From positions 192,930 through 256,929 of the forward strand of contig CAZFRE010000002.1 of NCBI GenBank assembly GCA_964521195.1: DNA of 64,000 nt, written 5' to 3'. The notes beneath the pieces are model-generated. The model was not told the origin of the DNA. It did no database searches and was given only the letters and a program-made list of their open reading frames with translations. This document shows, in pieces, positions 24,786 to 35,322 of the stretch. The translations under genes and the position numbers were made by a program. Source of the DNA: an uncultured Eubacteriales bacterium. Lineage in GTDB: Bacteria > Actinomycetota > Coriobacteriia > Anaerosomatales > JAAXUF01. Numbering within the stretch: position 1 is the first letter of the stretch; each line of letters begins with the position of its first letter.

Positions 24786-26278
24786 AGGCTTCCGACCTCC
24801 TCGGCGGTGCGGTCACGGAAGCCGGCCGCGAATGCCATGAAGCGGTAGACGTCAGCGAAGTTGGAGGCGAGCCCCAACGAAACGCGCATGGTGTTGGGCA
24901 TCTTGCCGGTGGTGTCACGGATGATCTCGTGACACTCCGAGAAGGTGACCGGCGTGGACTTGCCCACGAAGCACTCCGCCATCTCGTCGCGCTCGATCTG
25001 GTGGGCGACCTCGCCGTCGCCCGGGTTGCAGAAGCAGCCTGTGCGCAGCGAGATGAGCTGTCGTCCAGCCAGACCCTCGAGCTTGTGCACGTCGAACACC
25101 GCACCGCTCGGGTCGAGCAGGTAGAACGCGATCGTGCCGCCCCGACACTCCATGTCGGTCGGACCGAACACGCGCACCATCGGCTCGCCCGTGCTGTGCC
25201 GCAGGCTGACGAGTTCGCCCAACAGCCACTCCGTGAGCGACACGACGCGCTCGTGAATCGCCTCGACGCCCGCGGCAGCGAGGTGCTCCAGACCGATGCG
25301 AACCGCAGGGAGGCCAAGGTAGTCCACCGTGCCGTCCTCGAAGCCGGTATGGCCCGGCGCGAGGTGGAACCAGCCTTCGCCCTGCACCGACGCGAGGGTG
25401 ATCGTGCCGCCGGCGAACCACGGGCGCCTGAGCTTGCCGAGCGCGTCCTTGCGCGCGATGAGCGCGCCGATGCCGGTCGGGTATCCGAACATCTTGTAGA
25501 ACGACAGCGGTACGAAATCGGGACGCACCGCCGAGAGATCGAGCCGGTTGGTGGGCGCGAACGCAGCACAGTCCAGCAGCACGTCCCACCCGTTCTCGTG
25601 CGCTATATCCACCCACTCGAGCGGGTGCTGCACGCCACTGAAGTTCGACTGCGCGGGAAACGCGAACAGGTTGTCGTGCGCGGCGCCACCCTTCGAGAGT
25701 TCGTTCTCGACCATGGCGCAGTCGAGCCGCAGCTCCTCAGAGCCCACCGGCAGGTACGTCACCGCCGCGCCTGCTGCACGCGCGAACTCGCGGATGCCGT
25801 TCACAGAGTTGTGGTTGTCGTAGGTGAGCAGGTACTTGCTTCCGGCGGAGAAGGGGTAGGACTCGCCGACCAGCTTCAGCGCCCCACTCGCATTGGCGGT
25901 GAAGACGACATCGTACTCGTCGGGATCGGCCCTGAAGAACGTCAGCACCGCTTCGCGCGTCTCGTCCACGAGCTGCGTGCTCGCCATCGACGTCGGGTTG
26001 TGGGAATGCGGGTTGCCGAGGACGTTGTCGCCGAGCAGCTCGAGGTGGTGCCTCACCTGGGACTCCGCATACAGGCCGCCACCCGTGTAGTCGAGATACA
26101 CGTGGCCGAGACGATCCAGTCGCGAGTAGTCGCGGTCGCGCAGCTCTGTGAGGTGCGCATGTCGCAGGTACGCGGGGTTCCTCGCGGCGAACCGTTCGTA
26201 GGCCGCTGCGAGCCCGTCCGGCGCGTAGTCGGGAATATGCGTGCCGCCGCCGTCCGTGGTGCGTTCCTGCGTGTCCAT
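24782..26278 (-). CDS. Class V aminotransferase-fold PLP enzyme, molybdenum cofactor sulfurase N-terminal-domain-like
   Basis: 498 aa. LDYTGGGLY, the PLP-lysine context SFYKMFGYPTGIGALI and the C-terminal RTGCFCNPG are characteristic of MOCOS/ABA3 N-terminal-like desulfurases. Confidence 0.75.
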   Translation of the reverse strand: MDTQERTTDGGGTHIPDYAPDGLAAAYERFAARNPAYLRHAHLTELRDRDYSRLDRLGHVYLDYTGGGLYAESQVRHHLELLGDNVLGNPHSHNPTSMASTQLVDETREAVLTFFRADPDEYDVVFTANASGALKLVGESYPFSAGSKYLLTYDNHNSVNGIREFARAAGAAVTYLPVGSEELRLDCAMVENELSKGGAAHDNLFAFPAQSNFSGVQHPLEWVDIAHENGWDVLLDCAAFAPTNRLDLSAVRPDFVPLSFYKMFGYPTGIGALIARKDALGKLRRPWFAGGTITLASVQGEGWFHLAPGHTGFEDGTVDYLGLPAVRIGLEHLAAAGVEAIHERVVSLTEWLLGELVSLRHSTGEPMVRVFGPTDMECRGGTIAFYLLDPSGAVFDVHKLEGLAGRQLISLRTGCFCNPGDGEVAHQIERDEMAECFVGKSTPVTFSECHEIIRDTTGKMPNTMRVSLGLASNFADVYRFMAFAAGFRDRTAEEVGSL

Positions 26279-26414
26279 CGGTACTCCTCGGGGTATTCAG
26301 TCGTCGGCGCGATGGTGAACCAGCGCACGGCGCCGCGCAAGGGTGCCGTATACGATACCCGCGCCAGACGATACGATACTCCGTGCTCATCGAGCGCTGG
26401 AAAGCGAGGGGACC

Positions 26415-27680
26415 ATGCCACAGTTCGGCGTCCATTCTGAGGTCGGCAAGCTCCGTAAGGTGCTCGTGCACCGCCCCGGGCTGTGCCTGGAGCGGCTCAC
26501 GCCCGCCAACCGGGGCGACTTCCTCTTCGATGACGTGGTCTGGGTCGACCGGGCCCGCCGCGAGCACGACGCGTTCACCGACGTCATGCGAGACCGCGGC
26601 GTCGAGGTCTTCTACCTCACCGAACTCCTCGCCGAGACGCTCGAGGTCTCTTCAGACGCGCGCCACCACATCATCGACCGCGCCGTGTCGTCCTATACCG
26701 TCGGCCTGTCACTCGTGAACGAGCTGCGCGACTGGCTGTTCGCACTCGACTCCCCACGCCTCGCCGACCACCTCACCGGCGGCCTGCTCATCTCCGAGCT
26801 CGACGGGCTCGACCTCACGTCCCTGAACCGTCACTCGCTCGGTGCCGTGCTCGCCGAGCCGGACTCGTTCGTGCTGCCGCCGCTTCCCAACAGCGTCTTC
26901 ATGCGCGACTCGAGCGCGTGGCTCTTCGGCGGGGTCGTCCTGCCGCCGTTGTTCTGGCATGCGCGTCGCCTCGAGGTCGCCAACGTCTCGGCGATCTACC
27001 GCTACCACCCGATGTTCGCCGCCGACGACTTCTCGTTCTGGTATCCGCCGGCGGGCGACGCCGAGCGGTTCGCACTCGAGGACATCGGTCACGGTGCGAG
27101 CCTCGAAGGCGGTGACCTCATGCCGATCGGCAACAAGACCGTGCTCGTGGGTCTGGGCGAGCGCTCGACCGGCCGCATGGTCGAGCACGTCGCCCGGACG
27201 CTGTTCGCGACCGGCGCCGCTGAGCGTGTCATCGCATGCCGCATGCAGCAGGACCGCTCGTACATGCACGTCGACACGGTGTTCAACTTCGTCGATCGCG
27301 ATGCGGTGACGCTGTACCCGCCGGTCGTCGACGCGATGACGGTCTACAGCGTCCGCCCGGGCGACGGGGACGACGTCTTCGACATCCACGAGGAGACATC
27401 GCTACTCGACGCGGTGCAAGACGCGCTCGGGGTCAGCACCCTGCGCACGATCGCGACGGGCGGCGACTCCTTCCAGGCCTCGCGCGAGCAGTGGGACGAC
27501 GCGAACAACGTCGTCGCCATCGAGCCGGGCGTGGTGGTCGCCTACGCGAAGAACACCCGCACCAACGCCAACCTGCGCAAGGCCGGCATCGAGGTCATCG
27601 AGATCGAGGGCGCGGAGCTGGGCAAGGGCCGGGGCGGCTGCCACTGCATGACCTGCCCGCTCGAGCGCGACGGGCTCTAG
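26415..27680 (+). CDS. arcA: Arginine deiminase
   Basis: ATG 26415 (MPQFGVHSEVGKLRKVLVHRPG) is preceded by GAGGGG. The catalytic Cys context near the C-terminus is GGCHCMTCPLERD. Confidence 0.9.
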   Translation: MPQFGVHSEVGKLRKVLVHRPGLCLERLTPANRGDFLFDDVVWVDRARREHDAFTDVMRDRGVEVFYLTELLAETLEVSSDARHHIIDRAVSSYTVGLSLVNELRDWLFALDSPRLADHLTGGLLISELDGLDLTSLNRHSLGAVLAEPDSFVLPPLPNSVFMRDSSAWLFGGVVLPPLFWHARRLEVANVSAIYRYHPMFAADDFSFWYPPAGDAERFALEDIGHGASLEGGDLMPIGNKTVLVGLGERSTGRMVEHVARTLFATGAAERVIACRMQQDRSYMHVDTVFNFVDRDAVTLYPPVVDAMTVYSVRPGDGDDVFDIHEETSLLDAVQDALGVSTLRTIATGGDSFQASREQWDDANNVVAIEPGVVVAYAKNTRTNANLRKAGIEVIEIEGAELGKGRGGCHCMTCPLERDGL

Positions 27681-27788
27681 TCCGTCCACGCTCGAGCGCC
27701 TCACCGGCGCTCGTCTCCTTCGCCCGGCATTTGCGGGTACCATCGTGCCATGACCCGTGACACCTGCTTCTCGCCAGGAGGATCCGCC

Positions 27789-28319
27789 ATGGACGACGCT
27801 GCCAGAATCGCCGAGCTCGAGACCCAACTTGCCGCATCACGCGCGGAGACGCGCGCGGCGTTCGAGAACCGGGCGCTGATCTACGGCGCGATCTTCGACG
27901 AGCTGTCCTGGGAGATCGGCGATGAGCGCGCGGCCGCGATCATGAAGCGAGCGATTCACGCACGAGGCCATGAGGTCGGCAAGAAGTACCGCCCAGCTGT
28001 CCGCCGAGGCGACCTGGACGAGGTCGGCCGAATCTTCTGCGAGGGCTCGCCGTGCGCCGGCACGCTCTTCACGCCAGGCGTCGAGGCGCGGGACGAGGAC
28101 CGGATCGTGCTGCGCATGGAGTCGTGCCCGCTCAAGGACGCGTGGATCGCCGAGAACCGCTCCCCCGAGCACATCGACCTGCTCTGCGAGATCGCGGCGG
28201 CGGTGGACGAGGGCACGTTCGAGAGCGCGGGCCTCGAGCTGACGTTCCTCGATCGTCTCGGCGAGGCCGGTTCGTCACACTGCCTGCTCGAACTCGTTCG
28301 CCGCGAGGGCACGGACTGA
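27789..28319 (+). CDS. L-2-amino-thiazoline-4-carboxylic acid hydrolase (ATC hydrolase) family-like protein
   Basis: ATG 27789 follows AGGAGG. The Cys pattern (FCEGSPCAG...MESCPLKDAW...LLCEI...SHCLLEL) and size match that family, from memory. Confidence 0.5.
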   Translation: MDDAARIAELETQLAASRAETRAAFENRALIYGAIFDELSWEIGDERAAAIMKRAIHARGHEVGKKYRPAVRRGDLDEVGRIFCEGSPCAGTLFTPGVEARDEDRIVLRMESCPLKDAWIAENRSPEHIDLLCEIAAAVDEGTFESAGLELTFLDRLGEAGSSHCLLELVRREGTD

Positions 28320-28326
28320 CGACTGC

Positions 28327-28980
28327 ATGCGAGTGATGACCTACAACATCCGGCACGGGCAGGGTGAGGACGGCTGGGTGAGCAACGGCCGCATCGCCCG
28401 GGTGGTGCGCGACGCCGACGTCGACATCGCGGGGCTCAACGAGGTCTGGCGCCTTGGCGGCTTCTTCGACCAGCCGGCCGCATTGCGCCGGCATCTCGAG
28501 GCGGAGCATGCGTTCGAGCGCAACACGGGATTCGCCTTCTACGAGCAAGGCAATCTAGTGCTCACGAAGCACTGCATCGTGCATGCCGAGAACCTGGAGT
28601 TGCCCAGCCTTCTCGAGCAGCGGGGATGCCTGCTCGTTCGTGTCGATGTGGAGGGTGGCGAGGTGGTGTTCGGCTCGGTGCACCTGTCCCTCGGCCGCAA
28701 GATGCGCGAGCGCCAGGTCGCCGCTCTCGTCGAGTGCTTGCCGCGAGACGTGCCGCTCGTGCTTGCGGGCGACATGAACTGCTCGGTGGGCGAGCTCGAG
28801 CCGCTCGCCGAGTTCCTGACGCTCGCGGATGTCCCGCCGAGCTACCCGGCCTTCTGGCCGCGCAGGGCGCTGGATCACATCGCCTATAGCGACCACTTCG
28901 AGCTGGTGGACGTGAGCTCGGTCAAGACCAGCGCATCGGACCACAGGCCCGTGATCGCGCAGTTCGCGCGCAGGGGCTAG
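28327..28980 (+). CDS. Endonuclease/exonuclease/phosphatase (EEP) family protein
   Basis: 217 aa. N-terminal MTYNIRHG, GLNEV, and the C-terminal SDHRPV motif typical of the EEP fold. Confidence 0.8.
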   Translation: MRVMTYNIRHGQGEDGWVSNGRIARVVRDADVDIAGLNEVWRLGGFFDQPAALRRHLEAEHAFERNTGFAFYEQGNLVLTKHCIVHAENLELPSLLEQRGCLLVRVDVEGGEVVFGSVHLSLGRKMRERQVAALVECLPRDVPLVLAGDMNCSVGELEPLAEFLTLADVPPSYPAFWPRRALDHIAYSDHFELVDVSSVKTSASDHRPVIAQFARRG

Positions 28981-30221
28981 CGCAGGTACAGGCCGGTCGT
29001 GACGTTGAAGTTGCGCGAGTAGGTCGTCTTGGACCCATCCTTCTGCGTCACCTTGATGCACCCGGCCTTGCCGGAGGTTCCGAGTGAGATCGTACGCGCC
29101 GGACGCAGCTTCTCGTTCCACGACACCCAGCTGGAGCCAAGTGGCACGTTGCAGACCAGAAGACGTGCGTCTTCTCGGGATGACGATTCGCTCCAGTACT
29201 GGAACCGGAAGTACTGCGGCAGCACGATCCAGTCACTGTTCGCTCTCGTCGACCCGGCGGTCGGGGCAAAGACCGGCCTGCCGAGGTAGACCGGGTCGGA
29301 GTCCGCGAAGTTGACGGGCGGCAGATCGATCATCGTGGTTCCCCAGGAGGTGAAGCACACCGCCCCGAGCTTCTTGGGCCGGCTTCCCGAGCCGGACGAG
29401 CGCAGGAACACCAAGTACTTGTGGCTGGGGGAGATGACCGGGTTGGTGTCCCAGTCCGACGTGCGCGTCACACGACGCGCCGCAGCTCCGGGCGACGTGC
29501 GCACGTAGATGTCGCCCCCCGACGACCAAGCGGTCGCACCGGGGTAGGCACGGTAGCAGTTCATGATCAGCGGGGACGTCCCGCTGCCCGTCGAGTCGCG
29601 CTCCGAATCCAGCAGTCCGTCGTCGCTGTCGTTGTGGTCGATCCTGACCTTCGCCGCGGATTGGGGTCCGAGGGAGTAGTACACCGCCACGATGGAGCCG
29701 CGCTCGGCCGCCGTGCCCGCCTGCGGATCCTGCTCCACCGCCAGGCCTTCAGGCACGGTGTCGCTGTACTCCTCACCGCTGTCGACCTCGAATCCGGCCT
29801 GCATGAGCCGGATGCTCGCATTGGCCGCTGACATGCCCACGACGTCGGGCACAACCGTGAGGTTCGCCCCCGAACCGACGATGAGGTCTACGCCGGATCC
29901 CCGGCGGGCGATCGAGCCCGGCACCGGCGCCTGTTCCCCCACGCGACCGGCCTTTGCGGCGCCGAACGGCAGATCGCTCACGTCGCCTACGGTGAGCCCC
30001 GCCCGCTTGAGCCGCGCCTTCGCCTCTGGCTGCGTCAGGCCGATCGTGTTCGGGACACGAGCGGTGCACTGGGTGAGCACCAGCAGGATCACGATGGCGA
30101 CGAGCACGAGAAGCGCCAATGAGGCCCAGAAGCCGCGTTCCTGCCGGCGTTCCTCTTGGGGCTCTTCGACGAGTTCTTCGTCTTCTTCTGTGTTGTCTGG
30201 CTGGGTGTCGAACTCGGCCAT
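28977..30221 (-). CDS. Membrane-anchored protein with two PASTA domains and a C-terminal PD40/beta-propeller-like domain
   Basis: Acidic N-terminus, one TM, then two PASTA-like repeats (GLTQPEAKARLKRAGLTVG...; VPDVVGMSAANASIRLMQAGFEV...). The C-terminus carries DTNPVISPSHKYLVFLRS. No kinase or transpeptidase domain is present. Confidence 0.65.
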   Translation of the reverse strand: MAEFDTQPDNTEEDEELVEEPQEERRQERGFWASLALLVLVAIVILLVLTQCTARVPNTIGLTQPEAKARLKRAGLTVGDVSDLPFGAAKAGRVGEQAPVPGSIARRGSGVDLIVGSGANLTVVPDVVGMSAANASIRLMQAGFEVDSGEEYSDTVPEGLAVEQDPQAGTAAERGSIVAVYYSLGPQSAAKVRIDHNDSDDGLLDSERDSTGSGTSPLIMNCYRAYPGATAWSSGGDIYVRTSPGAAARRVTRTSDWDTNPVISPSHKYLVFLRSSGSGSRPKKLGAVCFTSWGTTMIDLPPVNFADSDPVYLGRPVFAPTAGSTRANSDWIVLPQYFRFQYWSESSSREDARLLVCNVPLGSSWVSWNEKLRPARTISLGTSGKAGCIKVTQKDGSKTTYSRNFNVTTGLYLR

Positions 30222-30412
30222 CCGGCCGCCCTCTCAGCAGTCGAGCTTCTGCTCAGTCGATTCCCATAGTACGCGGGATCAGGGCACATTAGCGAGGGTC
30301 GAGCCCCCCGGTGTCCTCGGCATGCGCCGTTCGTGCTATGCTTCCCCCTTGCGCCTGCGCTCGGTCGCGGCGACGCCGCCCCGAGTCCCCCAAGAACATC
30401 AGGAGTATCGCC

Positions 30413-32224
<1,812 letters not shown>

Positions 32225-32229
32225 CCGTC

Positions 32230-33072
32230 ATGCTCACCGCGCTCATCAGCACCGTCACGGCCACGCTGTTCGGCAGCGCCGACTTCCTCGGCGGGCTTGC
32301 GAGCCGCAGGAGTCCCGCGCTGCTCGTGAGCGCGGTGATGTTCGCGACGGGCGTACTCCTGTTCCCGCTCGTGCTGCTGGTTGTGCGACCTGAGGCCGTG
32401 GCGGTGCAGGATGTGGGCTTGGGCGCGGTGTCCGGCGTGATGGGGATGATCGGCGTGCTCGCGCTCTACGCCGCGCTCGCGATCGGGCGGATGAGCATCG
32501 TCGCGCCGATCACCGCCGCGCTCAGCGGCTCGGGTCCGGCGATCTTCGACCTGCTCACGGGCTCGAAGGTGGGCGTGACCGGGCTCGTTGGGATGGCGCT
32601 CGCGATCGTCTCGGTGATCGTGGTGAGCACGACGACGGGGACGGTGGAGGAGCACGGGATGCCACCGCGCGCGGTGGCTCTGTCGGTGCTCGCAGGCTCG
32701 TGCTTCGGGACATCGCTTGTGGCGCTGTCGATGACGTCGCCGGGGAGTGGCTTCGCGCCGCTCTTGGTGGCGCGGATCGTCGGGACGGCGGGCTTCGCGA
32801 TCGCCGTGCTCGTGCGTCGCCGAGACATGCGTTTCGGCCCCGACGGGCTGCGGCTTTCGGTCCTGACGGGTGTACTCGACGCCGCTGCGAACGTCACCAT
32901 GCTCACCGCCGTGCGCATCGGCCCGCTTGCGGTGGCTGCGGTGGTGGGCGGCCTCTACCCGGTCGCCACCATGCTGCTCGCACGCGTGTTCCTCGCCGAG
33001 CGCCTCAAGCGCCATCAAGTCGCGGGCGTCGGCCTGGCACTCGTGGCCGTCGTGCTTACCGCACTGCCCTGA
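32230..33072 (+). CDS. EamA/DMT-family transporter
   Basis: 280 aa and 10 TM helices. The N-terminal GSADFLGG pattern and two-fold repeat architecture fit the DMT superfamily. Confidence 0.7.
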   Translation: MLTALISTVTATLFGSADFLGGLASRRSPALLVSAVMFATGVLLFPLVLLVVRPEAVAVQDVGLGAVSGVMGMIGVLALYAALAIGRMSIVAPITAALSGSGPAIFDLLTGSKVGVTGLVGMALAIVSVIVVSTTTGTVEEHGMPPRAVALSVLAGSCFGTSLVALSMTSPGSGFAPLLVARIVGTAGFAIAVLVRRRDMRFGPDGLRLSVLTGVLDAAANVTMLTAVRIGPLAVAAVVGGLYPVATMLLARVFLAERLKRHQVAGVGLALVAVVLTALP

Positions 33073-33493
33073 CGCGAGTCCGGGCGGGCGCCACCTGGCG
33101 CACTATGCGCAGCGTCCGGCCGATCACCGTGAGCCCCAGCAGGGCGGCCCCGATCTGGCCGAGGGTGAAGCCCTTGGATCGAGCGCCCGAGGTGGCGTCC
33201 TTGTCCGCGGAAGGCGAGTCGCCGCGAGCGGTGGCGGAGTCGCCGCCCGTGCCCAACGCGTTGCTGTAGTCGATGACGATCGGGTGGCTCTTCGAGCCGT
33301 CCTCTATCGTGACGACCGTCGCGGCCGAGCCGACATGGACGCTGTCGACGGAGTTGAGCAGGTAGAGCGCGGTGTCGGCGAGCGCTTTGGCCCGTTCGTC
33401 TCGAATCGAGGACTCGGATGCCCATGCGCCCGAGGCGGCGACGCAGCCCACGGCGAGTAGCAGGATCAGGGTTCGGGCGAAGCGGGCGAGCAT
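33056..33493 (-). CDS. Hypothetical lipoprotein-like protein with a C-terminal hydrophobic anchor
   Basis: ATG 33493 lies 8 nt after GGAGG. MLARFARTLILLLAVGC lipobox-like signal. The C-terminal TM is followed by Arg-rich residues. No recognised domain. Confidence 0.45.
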   Translation of the reverse strand: MLARFARTLILLLAVGCVAASGAWASESSIRDERAKALADTALYLLNSVDSVHVGSAATVVTIEDGSKSHPIVIDYSNALGTGGDSATARGDSPSADKDATSGARSKGFTLGQIGAALLGLTVIGRTLRIVRQVAPARTRVRAVR

Positions 33494-33707
33494 CACTGAC
33501 ACCTCCGAATGAGGCGCGTGCCGCCTCTGCGGCTACTATCGGCCGCACGGGCCGGCGCCTCTGTGATATCCATCACCAGCCGGGGCTATCGGCGGCTTCG
33601 TCTCCGCATGAACGCAGCGTGCGGGCGCACAACGTGTACGATTCTCGACGAAGGACCGCAGGCAACGGGCCGCACTCGCCCGGTTGACGAGCGTTGAAGG
33701 AGCACGC

Positions 33708-34397
33708 GTGAAGCGAGCCGACGGCATTCGGATAACCGTCACCAAGAACGGGCCCTACTTCGTGGACGGGCTCGTGCCGATGACGGTCGAGTCGATCGTC
33801 TGCGACTCGGATGGTGAGTCGGAGCAGTGGCGCGAGGACACCCGGCTGTCTGACCGGCCGAGTTGTGGCTTGTGCAGGTGCGGGCAGTCCGACAGCAAGC
33901 CGGTGTGCGACGGCTCGCACCTGATGGTGGGGTTCGATGGGACCGAAGTCGCATCGCGCGAGCCGTACGCTGATGCCGCGCAGACGGTGCGCGGGGCGCG
34001 ATATGACCTCGCGGATGACAAGGCGCTGTGCGCGGATGCCCGCTTCTGTCACCGGGCCGGCACCGTGTGGCATCGCATCCACGAGGACAGCGACGAGGCT
34101 GCGGCCACCGTCGCGGCCGAGTGCGAGCACTGCCCGTCCGGCCGATATGTGCTCATCGACAAGGACACCTCCGAGCCGATCGAGCCTGAATTCGAGCCGT
34201 CGATCGCGTTCGTGGAGGACACCGGCGCCGCGGTGAGCGGCCCGATCTGGGTGCGCGGCGGCATCGAGGTCGTCTCGGCGGACGGGGAACCGTACGAGGT
34301 GCGTAATCGCGTCACGCTGTGCCGCTGCGGGCAGAGCGGCAACAAGCCATTCTGCGACGGAAGTCACGTCGAGTGCGGCTTCCACGACCATCTGTGA
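33708..34397 (+). CDS. CDGSH iron-sulfur domain protein (two CDGSH motifs flanking a Cys-rich middle domain)
   Basis: GTG 33708 follows GAAGGAG. CRCGQSDSKPVCDGSH and CRCGQSGNKPFCDGSH were read directly. The middle segment has FCHRAG...CEHCPSG. Confidence 0.85.
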   Translation: MKRADGIRITVTKNGPYFVDGLVPMTVESIVCDSDGESEQWREDTRLSDRPSCGLCRCGQSDSKPVCDGSHLMVGFDGTEVASREPYADAAQTVRGARYDLADDKALCADARFCHRAGTVWHRIHEDSDEAAATVAAECEHCPSGRYVLIDKDTSEPIEPEFEPSIAFVEDTGAAVSGPIWVRGGIEVVSADGEPYEVRNRVTLCRCGQSGNKPFCDGSHVECGFHDHL

Positions 34398-34454
34398 GGC
34401 GCACGGCCTAGGCCACCGCCTGCACCCGGGCGGGCACAAGCGGTGGCCGGTCGA

Positions 34455-35228
34455 TCACTGCTCGGCGGCAGCGGCAAGCGCCTGAACGGCTGCGTATTCG
34501 TAGGCAGCGAGCCCAGCGCGCGGCTTGTCGATGTTCTTCGTGAAGCGAGGGTCCGCGACCCAGATCTGCGCCATGTTCACGTAGAACTCGAGCGGGCAAT
34601 CGTAGAACCACTTGCTGATGTGGGCGCGCTTGGCCTCGGCGAGCGCCATCGCCTCGGGCGAGTCGGCGGGCACGCCGGCGTCGAAGAGCTTGACGAACGC
34701 CTCGGTCGTCGCGGCGTCTTCCGCCTTGATCTGCTCCCACTCGGCGCGTCCGTAGCGCTTCGTGCGCTGGGCGGACTGCTTGTACGCGTCAGTCTCACCC
34801 CAGCGCTCCTTCACCTCATCTTCGTACTCGGCGGGGTCGAACCCGTCGAACAGCTCGCCGAACATCTTCGACGACTCTTCCTTGGTCATCGGGATCCCTT
34901 CTTCCATCTCCAGTAGCTGCATCTCGATCGCGTCGATGGCCGCCTGGGTGCGGCGGACCTTCTCGGCGAGGAGGTTTCGCTGCGCCTTGAGCGCGTCGGC
35001 CCGGTCGAACGCCGGGTCGTCCACGATGTCGCGGATCTCGGGCAACGCGAAGCCGAGCTCGCGGAAGAGCAGGATCTGTTGCAGCCGCTCGAGGTCGGCG
35101 ACGGTGTAGAGCCGGTAGCCGTTGTCGCCTCTCTCGCTCGGTGCGAGCAGACCGATCTCGTCGTAGTGATGCAGCGTCCGGACGCTGACCCTGGCGAGCT
35201 TGGCCGCTTCTCCGACCGTCCATGACAT
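34455..35228 (-). CDS. MerR-family regulator, TipAL-like (N-terminal MerR HTH plus TipAS-type C-terminal domain)
   Basis: ATG 35228 (MSWTVGEAAKLARVSVRTLHHYDEIGLL) lies 8 nt after GGAGG. The listed ORF starts at GTG 35237. The C-terminal half resembles the TipAS antibiotic-recognition domain. Confidence 0.85.
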   Translation of the reverse strand: MSWTVGEAAKLARVSVRTLHHYDEIGLLAPSERGDNGYRLYTVADLERLQQILLFRELGFALPEIRDIVDDPAFDRADALKAQRNLLAEKVRRTQAAIDAIEMQLLEMEEGIPMTKEESSKMFGELFDGFDPAEYEDEVKERWGETDAYKQSAQRTKRYGRAEWEQIKAEDAATTEAFVKLFDAGVPADSPEAMALAEAKRAHISKWFYDCPLEFYVNMAQIWVADPRFTKNIDKPRAGLAAYEYAAVQALAAAAEQ

Positions 35229-35251
35229 CGTGCTCACCTCCTTCGAGATGC

Positions 35252-35282
35252 AGCGTAGACCCTGACGTTACGTGAGGGTCAA
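35252..35282 (-). promoter_or_regulatory. MerR-type promoter: -35 TTGACC, 19-bp spacer carrying the palindrome GACCCTnACGTnACGTnAGGGTC, -10 TACGCT
   Basis: The minus strand reads TTGACC-CTCACGTAACGTCAGGGTC-TACGCT. The inverted repeat spans 35258-35280, directly upstream of the MerR gene. Confidence 0.7.
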
Positions 35283-35322
35283 GAGGTGATTCGAATTCGT
35301 ACGCGCCCGACCGCGGAGTAGA

